Source of the DNA: Podarcis bocagei
Taxonomy: Eukaryota
Reading direction: 5' to 3' (one strand)
NCBI GenBank assembly: GCA_964188305.1
Contig: OZ076893.1
DNA length: 64,000 bases
Shown here: in pieces, positions 26,761 to 38,000 of the stretch
Position numbering within the stretch: the stretch's first letter is position 1
Layout: each line of letters begins with the position of its first letter
Made by a program: the position numbers and the translations under genes
The notes under the pieces: generated by a model
The model's database searches: none
Told to the model about the DNA's origin: nothing
The model's input: only the letters and a program-made list of their open reading frames with translations

Positions 26761-29700
26761 ACACGCACACACATGAACACACACACACATTCAGATTTGC
26801 ATCTGCTATTTTAAACACACTCATTTGTATTTTTACCAGCCATAGGGAGAAGGAGGTGCTATCTAAAGAGTTTAGAACCCACCACCAACAATCCTAGGCT
26901 TCATAGAACATATTTTCCCCAGAGACTGAGGGTGTGTTTTTTTTCTTCCAGTGTCTGGCAAAACCCAGTTTAGTCACTTACTTTCTATCCCAGCTACAAA
27001 CACAGAAAAGGAACTGAGGACAGCACACAGACCTTTTGCATAAATGTTTACAGTTTGTGCTATAAACAAATCTGATCAAAGCAAACACTATATTTGCATA
27101 GATGGCAATGCAAAATTTCAAGAGCTGGAATATATTGGCTGTTTTTTTATGTATGGATATTAACAGTCCAAGACACTTGGAGACATGGAAGTCAGGATGG
27201 AAGCAGATTCTTCAGATCATGAAACTGGCTCATAACCTTCCCTTTGCAGTCAGTTATTCCTAGTGTTAGATACCAAAATGTACAGGAGAGTTCTCTTACT
27301 GCATTTTAATACTTATGTGGTGCAGATATTAGCTAGCTAGGTGTCCACTAGGTAAGTCCTGTTATACCAAACATGCAGACTTTTTTTTTTTAGGCAACTA
27401 GCTGCTGAGCAAGCTGTTCTGTAAGGCACAAGTGAAGCTTTACAGGTTAATTATGGTGCACAGGAAACCATTCAGGTAATACGAGAGACCTTAGGGTTGC
27501 ATAATTCCTGATCTCCTCACAGACATCCCAAGTTGACAGGGAGCTTTACTTTTCAAAAGAGTTTGCTATCGTGGATATAAGATTGTAAACAGACTCTTCC
27601 TATCCACTTACAGAAGGACAGCATAACAAGGCAAACATATTAATTTAGGTAAGTCCGTAAAACAAGGGATTTGTATGGTTCCAGGTGACCTGCCAATTGT
27701 AAAGTCTTACATCAATTAATTAAAACTGCAGCTTACAAGGCCCATAATACACAGTTTCAAGTGAAAACAAATAGCCTACATTTCTCCCCTCTCTTAGAGC
27801 CAAGCTTATTTTTTTTTTTTTAAAAAAAATGGCTTTATCTGCCCAAGATGATTGTTTTCTTGTGAATTTTCAATCCCTTTCATACAAGGGAACTGTCCTT
27901 ATTCCCACCCAGTTATTTTCTTTGGTTCAAGCAACTGTAATATCCCTCAATAATAGCATTTCAGTAATCGACAACTTGGTGCAGTATTCAAATTTGATCA
28001 TGTTATCAAACTTCACAAATGAGAAATTACATTCCCTTGAAACAGCAGCACTAAGATGGAGTCCAACCCCCCCCCCCCCGAAAGGGAGGCACAAAGCATA
28101 TCAGACATGTAGTTTTACCTGAGGAGCTTTAGATGTTCTGTTAGGGTACAAGTGCACAAATTCTGGCTTAGACTTTTATATTAACATCTGTATGTATTCT
28201 AACAACCCAGCCAGATGGGCAGGGTATAAATAACAATAATAACCTATATCCCAGACAACCCTGTTCTTCCAACAGAATGGTTTCCTTAAGTTCTGATAGA
28301 TTTTACCTTCTGGCACAGTCACTAAATTTGTCTGTGTTGTATTTCTACATATCAGAAGACACTTATGATATGCATGCACACATTAGGAGCAGCTGTGTTG
28401 TCTTTCAGGTTCCGTGAAAGGCCTTTGATAAATAATTTTCACAAGACAATTTAATGCTGAGAAACAATCATCAACAAGACAAATGGCTACTAGGCAGACC
28501 ATAGCCTCCTGCGTTTCTCACTGCCTGTAGAGAAGTAACACACAGAAGGTTCTTAAGCAAGCTAGCCAAACCACGCATTCTCTCCAGCATTTCTTAACCT
28601 TGGTGAGGGGTTTTGCTGGTGGCAAAACTTCTCAAATCCTTTGGTAGCTTAATAAAGTTTACAAAAGGGCAACTGCATTCAGTTTCATTTATGCCTTCCA
28701 CTCAATTGATCAGCATGCAGATTCCAACCCACATTGCATCCCTCATTCTCAGAGAACAGGCTTTTTCCTTCAGTCATTATCCAAAAATAGGAATCAAACA
28801 AAGAGGTCTGGTTCTTATTTTCTGCAGAGGACACAGTATACATGGCCAAGACAACTACTTGTCCATTCTAAGGTGACCCTGAAATCCTAGCCAGCTGAAT
28901 GGTTTCAGTAGCAGAAACCTATTTGAACACCTAGTTTATTACAGCGCATTTCTCCTCACAACAGTGCAATTCAATTTAATCTAATGCATTTTGGTCAGGC
29001 AAGCTAGAAATTGTGTGTATTATGTTTTAATCTGTTTTTAAACACTGAACATGGGTTTTTAAAGTGTTACTTCTCCTGAGCCTGCACCAACCACATTTCT
29101 GTTTTTGAATCATGATCTAAATTCCTTTTTCATTAGCTTGTCCTTGTCTGTAGATGGAAAGGCAAGAGACAGATGGCAAAAAGCAGCCAGGCTAGGAGTG
29201 ACCATGGCTCTTATAAAAATTGAGCTCTATTGTATATAAACCAAGATTTACATACCTACTACTTATAGAGTAAACAATTCATTACTCCAAATCCGGTTAC
29301 AGCTGTTCGCACCCAAATCTTGCTACTTTTGCCCCTTTCAACATATTCTTCCTAGCCAGAGTCAAAATTTATACTGCAAACTACTTGTGACAGGATAGTC
29401 CTTTTCTTCTGTTCATTACTCCGAGAAGTCAAGGTATGTATATATCCATATGTTTATATATAAACACACAAATACATGCACACCCTTGACCCTGGTCTTT
29501 TAAAGAAAAAAAACCCCTAACATTTTAGTTTTCTATGTCACACACTTACCTGAAACAGCATCATAGAACTGTTCCTCACTAAAGATGCTCAGAGGTGGTG
29601 ACCCTTTGACCAGTGACTGCTCTAATTCATGGTGTTCAGTAGCTAGTGTTTCTAGAGCTTCAGATAAGATCTTGTTTTTCTCTTGCTCATGCTCCAGTTT

Positions 29701-32020
29701 CAGATTCCTCACCTATAAGTAGAAACATGTATGAATAAAATCTCATCTCTCCCAAGAACATGAAACTCAAGGCTATTTCAAGAATAGGCTCCAGTTTGCT
29801 AACTAAACCATGTCAACAAGCTCAGAGAAGTGGATTAAGATGACCAGGGAACTTCTGCACTCGCCATGAAGTTTTGTCTCACCATTTTAATGTGTCACAG
29901 AATAGGAAAGCTTACAAAAAGAATTTGTCTAAGCAAAAATTGGCAACTAAAACTGAAGGCGCTATGAAAGGCAAAGTAAGTTTCCTACTAATCAGTTAAT
30001 GCAACTTTTGTATAATTCATGGAACTGCTAGTATTAGCTTGGGGGTAACAGGCTCTCCTAAGTCTATGATTCTATGAAGTTCAGTTAGTCCTGAATGCAG
30101 CTCCTTAGCTAGTGGCAACTCTAGGTATATTATGCCATTATTACTGAGCTCCACTGACAGGCAGTTTCTTTCCCGGTTTTATTTAACATATTGGTACTGA
30201 CTTTTAAACCAAAAAATGATTGGCCTAGGATCCCTCAGAAAGCCTCCTGGCATTATCAGTCTTCTAATACATTGTGGTCTATAGTGGTGGCTCTGTTTCA
30301 AATTCCTTTACAATGATTTATTTACAATGCTATATTTCTACACTGCCTTTCATCAGGATTCCAGGGAGGTTTGCATTATTCACATTAAGCAAAAATAAAT
30401 TTTACAACAGTGACAAAACCAATTACCATAAAAGCACTGTTTTTCTGTAGCAGCACAGTATGTCAACAATAGCTGGTGTCACCCACCAACCTACCGTAAT
30501 TTACCCCAAGGCCTAGGTGAAAAGATGGGTGTTAAAGACAACAGTGAAACTCCATTAACAAAGGCACTCTATGCACCTCCAAGAGGAGGGAGGGAGTGCT
30601 ATAAACAGAGTGCCACTACAGAGAAGGCCCTGCAGATTCAAATTAGAACGTTCATAAATCTGGCCATTCTTTGCAGCAGTGTTTTCCTTGAGTGTTCTAC
30701 AAGACAGGCTCACCGTATGAAGTCTATTGTGGAATTAAAGGAAAATTGACGGTAGGTACATTTATTTATTTATTTAAATGTGTATACCACCCTTCATCTG
30801 AAGATCATAGGGCAGTTCACAACATAAAAATACAAAATGAAAACACAAAATACATAGTAAAACCGAAGCAAAATAAACCAATAACACCCTCTTCCACAGA
30901 CACATTTAAAAGGTCACAGAATGTTAATCAGCAAAACGCCTGGTTAAAGAGAAAGGCTTTCATCTGGCGCCTAATATATGTAATGAAAGCACCAGGCAAG
31001 CATCATTGAGGAGACCATTCCACAAAAGAGGTGTCACCTCAAAAAAGGCCTGTTTCCATGTTGCCACCCTCCATATCCCTCTTTCTGTCCCTAATATATT
31101 GTAAGAACGGCTGTATGAACAGAATGGCAGGATTGTGCCCATCATACAGGCCAAGTCTGATTTATTTGAAGGCCTATATTTCTGTATACGGTACTTCACA
31201 TGTTTCATATCTACAGCAGCGAACTAGAGATATATGTGCAATACTGATGAAACTTAGTATGAGAAGTTAAAGAAGCTACAGCTTTGAACATGAGGCTGAA
31301 ACTAGGGAGGCAATGCGCAATTTAATATTGTCCTCCACCCAAATAAACTTCCATGACTGAAAGACTGCTCATAGTCATTACAGAGTCATTTAAGTGAATT
31401 AACCCTTAAAATTATAGTTTTCGATTTAACATTGTGTCTTTAAGGGCAGCTAAAAGTATTATTGTTTATGCTGAAGTAACTTGAACCACCAGTACCAATA
31501 TGTCTCACAAAATTGGTACTGGTGCACATAAAATATGGGTTGTACCAAATGACAGCTCCCAGTACCACCTCCTATGGCTGTTCCAAAGAGGTTCCCTAAT
31601 TCTCTGGAACATATTTTGGAGGGGTGTAGAAGGAAAGTGAAGTCATCACAGAGAGAAAGGGGGAAAGTACATCTCCCCCTCTGTCTGTGTTAATGGAAGC
31701 CTTCTCTGGAGCGAAGGGCCTTCTGTAAGGAGAGGAATACTACCCTGTAATTGTATGGTTTTTTGCCAACTTTAAACAGAGGACCTTGATCTATCACCAC
31801 GTTGTTTCAAGTATCGACATAACCGATTAATTGATTAACTTGGCACTGAAAAAAGGGGCGCTTTAGATCCCCAAATATCACTTATTTTCCCACATGGTCA
31901 TATGCTTGGGTCCACAACTTACTGTGCAGAGAAAGTATGTTTTCTTCCTGTTTGTAGTGCACACTTTGGTCAAAAATGGTAAGGGAAAAGAACTGACCCA
32001 GGGAATGTGTGTATATATCT

Positions 32021-32059
<39 letters not shown>

Positions 32060-35000
32060 TTCAGAACAAGATTTAATTAAGAATTACCATGTACCCTGGA
32101 AGAGTTACAAAATCTTGGTTCAAATTTCTATGTCAAATAGTAACAAACTGGAGCAAATTCCACTGCCTTACATTATAATTTGCATTCTGCACTTTATCTT
32201 ATCGCCATCTGGACTGAAGGAGGCAGGAACAGCAACATTCTGGATCTCATGAATTTGGATGTAAGGATTGTGAGTATGCTCTTGGCAGCAGGTCTTTTTA
32301 AAGATCCAGTTAAAAGATCTCAAGTAACAGGATTAGAAAACACATTAGCTTGAAAGACTGGAGAGCTGCTGCCAGCCAGAGCACACAATCACCTGGGCTC
32401 CAGGCTATTCACTGAATGATCCACTCAACAGCTGAAAACTACATATTCACTTGCAGAGCTGGGGACATTGAGCTGCATGGCCAGGGCTGTACTAACAGAT
32501 GCTTTTTATTTGCAGGAAGCCTTTCAACAGTCTCATTCAGTGAACAGTGTGGGCATGACTGCGATAGGATCCATATGCACACATGCACCATCTTGTCTAA
32601 CAAGAACAAATCATACACAGTATGCAACTTGTGCATCACAACCATGAAAAGGGCTGCAAACACAATGCACAAAAAGGGTTTCAAAAACCCAGCAAATGGG
32701 TGGGAACTGAAATATTCCTCGCCCTGGGTGCCATTTGGAGTAGGGCCAGCCCTGTAACACATAAGCAAGGCTTATGCACTTCCACATCTTTCCAGGGAGT
32801 GTGCCAAGTGTCATGAAGAGACATCTGCACAACACACAATACTCATACTATTTGGAGCTGGAAATAAATCCCCTAAGGGCCACAATAAATTGGGAAAGAT
32901 CAACATTCTAGGGATGAATCCATCACCTTGCTTTCCTTCGAAATTATTTTTTTTAATGGTCTGCAGCAGTTCAGATGAGGTAAGCTAGATATTTGCAGTT
33001 GCACTTGAGATTTCCCTTAATAAGTGCTTGAAGTCTCTTATGGGACCTTCAAGTAGGCAATAAATAACAGCCTTTCGTTCTAGAAGAATGAGGGATGGGC
33101 TAACATAATCGTAGGCGGAATTGTTGTAATGTTTAAAGTTTGGAGCAAGTTCATCTTTGCATAGAACTTTGCTACCCTGTGTTTTCCAGTGTTGCATAAG
33201 AAAAAGAAATAAAATATGAGAAAGAGGGGAGAAAACGGAAAGCGAGAATGAGTTGTCTCTGCCCACAAGGACCTTACAATTAAAAATTGTAGTTGGAATG
33301 GTAGCAAGGGATGAATGGGAACAAATATAGCTATACCTTCTTAAGCTTGGTTACAGTGGAGGGGAAGGGGTTAATGGGTTTAGTTAAGCTGCCACTCAGA
33401 TCTAGTAGTACCCAGTGAATGACATAGTTCCCACAGGATCCACTGCACATCAGCACTACTTTTCACCCCCATTCACCCATGCTGTGTATGTCATAATTTC
33501 CTACACCGAAGCGATACCCATGTAGGAAACTCAGCATGAGTAAAAGTGGGTGTAAGACAGCATTCCCCTACAACATAAGAAGAGACATAAAGGTCCATTT
33601 AATCAAGTGAGCATTTTCCCACAGCCTGATTTTGCAACCTGCCACTAGCCTAAAGGTGACATCCCTCACCTGCTGTTTACCCAACACCGAGAGATACAAA
33701 AAGGTAGACTGTCTCAGAACCTGGAGGTTCTATTTAACTATCATGAACACAACCACCACTAGACCAACCTTCAAAAAAAATGCTTCAGTAGGTAGCTCGC
33801 CTATTCCCCTCACAGTTATAATATGCAAAGTAGGTTATCCATCCTCAGGGAACTCAGAACTGTAGCTCTCTGTAGCTCTAAGGGGTGTCCTAACAGCTCT
33901 TTGAACCCTTAACAAACTACACCTCCCAGAATTCTTTAGGGAAAGCCATGACTGCTTAAAGTGGTACAATTCTACAGTACTTTAAATGTACATTGCAGAT
34001 GGCGCGATAGTTTCCAGAAAACTGTGGATTAAGTAGAAGCACTGCAGCAAATAATAAAGCCAGCCAAGCATCACTCTTTTAAGAAGTAAGGTGCTTCCCA
34101 CAAAGGAATAAACAGAATTAAGTTATGAAAAATTTAATTTCAATTTTAAATACATTTATTTGTAAGAACCCTGAAAACCAATAGGGTTTAACTTCCAAGG
34201 GCATAGCAGTTTGTAAGGTTACTACTGAACTTCACTCACGTCTCAGACTTCAAGTAAATTAGTTAGTTTTAGTTTCAGTGTCCTCATTTCATACCTTCAA
34301 ATTAAAATTAAGATTAAGATCTGTATGTACTGCATTTTAAAGCCAAAGCATATCCTTTGTTCTACAGAACACACACCTGACAGGAAGCTTACCTGTATCT
34401 ATGTGCTACTATAGTGATATGGCTGAAAACGCCTCAATGTCAATATTGAACATCTCTTTGGAGTTTGCAAAGACTGAAATACAACAATACCAACTTCTAT
34501 GAAACTATAAAAGCAATGCTGTCAGTGAAGTAATACCACAAACTATAATTTTACTTGCATCCTCCACTTAAGCTTCAATGTATTTATTTTCAAGGAGCCC
34601 CCACTACTAAAAAAATGTCCAGAACATAGGCATTTTAAAGGCTCATTGACACAGCGAAGAGGAACGCATTCCAATGTCAGAAGGAAGCCATTAAACTTTC
34701 AGCATCAGAAAACAAAGCACCAGAAACTACAAACTTTTCAGCTTTATAGCACAAGCTACCAGGGTCAGGGGATGATGGAATAGATTTTGAGCCTAGTAGA
34801 GAGGCAAAGCCTGGCAGCATGTCCTTCCCATAGTGTCAGAATCCCAGATCAGTCCCTCCTGTCCTTGCACCTTCCATCTCTTCCTCAAGAATATTTCCCC
34901 ACAGATACGTAATGCCAAAGAAAAACACACACACAAGACCTGCATGCCCCAAGAAACCTACCGTTCCAGCTCGTTTGTTGTGCTCCACACCTTGACACAC

Positions 35001-38000
35001 ACACACACACGGTGAATCCTAGGAGCTGCTGGCAAAGGTCGTCTTGCTGCCCAGCCGGAGTCCTCTCCTCCCGCCTCTGTCACCAGGGCATTGTTGACCT
35101 CGCGCGCAGCCCTGCAAGGTCTCGGCTGCTGCTGCTGCCGCCTCAGTCACCTTCTCGTTTTTCTAGTCCGCTCTCCAAATCGGCGCCGCTATTGCAACTG
35201 CACCAACGCCTCTGCAGGGCTTATCGCGAGAGCCAAGCGGGTTCCCCCCACCCCCGGGGGCAGTTTGCAGGCTCGCAGCTCCCGAGCAGGGAAGGCTTTC
35301 AAGAGACGTCCCGGCCCAACAACAACAACAACCACAACGAAGGATAGCGGAGATACAAGCAAGCAGGCGCAGCACCAGCTTAATTAGGACGCCGGTGCTT
35401 TCCCTGCACCGGCTGCTGCAAGCAGCAGCAAAAAAAAGAAAGCCCTTGACTCAGAAGCGCTGCTCGTCGGCTTCTGGAGGGCCAAATTGGGGCGCCCCCA
35501 CGCGGTCCCCGCGCCTCCTGGAGTTGGCCAAGACAGACGCGGAGTCGGAGAGGGATGGTGGAGGAGAAACGGAAGCCGCTCTTCCGCCCGCCCCGCGCGC
35601 ACTTCAGGACGATGCAAGGGAAAGGGGAGCCAAGCCTTCGCCGGAGCTGCAAACCCGTTAACCTAAGTACTGACTCCAGTTCCTGCTGGGTCCTAAAGAG
35701 TGGGAAGGGGAGCATGTGTGCAGCAAGCCACACGGAGGCACCCTGCCTGCTGCGAAAATATTTCTCTCTTCCACGAAGACACGCGTTACAGTTGAAGCCT
35801 AAGTGCAACTTTTGTCAAGAAGAGGGCTTGCCAAGGAATAATACTACTGCGGTTCTAATCCCGTTTACCTGAGATTAAGCCCCACTGAATTCAGGAGGAT
35901 TTAAAAGTGCAATCCTAAACATGTCTATTCGAAATTTTAAGTCCCTTTGAACGCAGGGGGAAATACTTCTTCCTGCACGCGTAAATATGCACAGGTTTGA
36001 GTCTTCTGAAGTTCAGGACAGACAAGAAAGTGTGTCTTGCCCCACCTTTAACCACAACACGCAATTCAAAAGGCAGCGGGGTGGAGATGGATGTTTAGTT
36101 ACTTTATTTGTTATACCAACTTGAAGCCAGCCATTTTTGTAGAACTCCTATTCCTCACAGTTCCGGGACAGGCAAAAATCAAACAGTGAAACTTCTCATT
36201 CTTTTACCTTAAGGCCAGAAAATGCTGGACCACTTTAAGTCATGCCTGTCAATTAAACTGGTAAACATAGCTGCGCCCCCCACTCCCCCCAAAAAAGCAG
36301 TTATATGCTGAGGTTTTTTAAAAAGAAAAAAATGAAAAGAAATAAGGTCTTCAGAAAGCAGTGTGGAAAACCACAATTCCAATATTTTTTGTGTGTGGTA
36401 TGGCTACTGCTGCAGCAAAAAGAAAGAAAGACAAACAAAACATACACACTTTGAGAATTCCATACAGGTGAGACAACATTTTAATCCCACATGGATTATT
36501 GAACCACACACAAAAAACTCCTGCTACCCCCTCACCCCACCCCCCAAAATACATTGTACTGGCATAGATATTTCCCATACAGTCTAGCAGGTAAAGGTAA
36601 AGGACCCCTGGATGGTTATGTTGGAATGGGAATTAAACAATGCCTAAATGATGACGATTAACCCCAGAATCACCACCCAACAAGACATTATGTGACGGCT
36701 ACACCACTGAAGAACAACTAAATGAGCCTAGGCTTGGCCTACAAACAGTGCTATGAAGCCTAGCAGCCCTCCCCTCTAAGCACAATCTTAAACGTATTTA
36801 CTTGGAAATAAGTCCCATTTTGTTCAACGGCTCCTATTAAACGAGTTTAAGACTGCAGCCTGAGTGACCTAGCTGGATGTTAAATATCCCTGTAATCTGA
36901 ACCACATTCTCAGGGAGGGGGGGGAATGTAAATGAGTATCTCACATTTCGTTCAGAATTTTAATTTTCCATTCATTTTGCGAAACAGAATATAAAATGGT
37001 GCTATTTAAAGAAACAACCATCACCAACACATTAATAGATTTATTTCACAAGTGGAGTCACATGGAGCACTCAGCAACAAACTTCATAAGCTTTCCCCCC
37101 AAAAATGTCCTCTGAAGCTATTTTAATAAAAAGAAAGAATCAGGGACAGGTGCCCATCCGATCTCAGTACATTTGTTAATGGGCATGGATGACAGAAACT
37201 GGGTTAGGTACAAAGGGACCCTACACATTTTGTAACCCAGTACTATACAGTTTTTATTCTGACCCTGACCACAACAGCTATATTTAGTGTTGCACTTTAA
37301 TATATGCAATGCTAAGGTCTGAACTATGGCATTAATCAGGTTGTTTGCTTTTCAGTGTGATTTTTACTGCAGAAATGCCAACATGAGGGGGCCTTCTCTG
37401 GAGTGGGGTCAATGGGCTTATCCCTTTGGCCCCCTTCTGTGGTCCTGCAGTTTTGCATAGCAGTGGTAGGGAGAAGTTTCCATTGGAGCCAGATTGCCTC
37501 TCCCCATGCTGCAGTCCTGATCCAGATAACTATCCCAAGATCACTCTGGGGATCTACAATACAGTGGTACCTCGGGTTAAGAACTTAATTCGTTCTGGAG
37601 GTCCGTTCTTAACCTGAAACTGTTCTTAACCTGAGGTACCACTTTAGCTAATGGGGCCTGCTGCGCCGCTGCGACGTGATTTCTGTTCTCATGCTGAAGC
37701 AAAGTTCTTAACCCGAGGTACTATTTCTGGGTTAGTGGTGTCTGTAACCCCCACTGTAAATATTTTCAAGCAGGAAAACAATTCATTTAAGCTTAACAAA
37801 CAGCAAATGCAGCCTCCACTCTCTCTATAGATTTATGCCATCATTCTGCAAGGTTTACTACTCATATCCCACACAGAATAATACTCCTTTTTCAACAACA
37901 ACAACAACAACAACCCTGCATTCCCCCATTCTTAAAAAATTGACTCCACCTTAATTGCTAGAGAAAGGGAAGTTTTTGTTACACATTCTTTTCCTGGAGG

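Noticed and set aside
35080-35091. Selenocysteine or readthrough of the MPW-TGA uORF
   Set aside because: No SECIS identified, and the read-through frame is out of phase with exon 16; no positive evidence
35012-35872. Cluster of 70-140-aa ORFs on both strands
   Set aside because: Expected from stop-poor CpG-island composition; low-complexity translations
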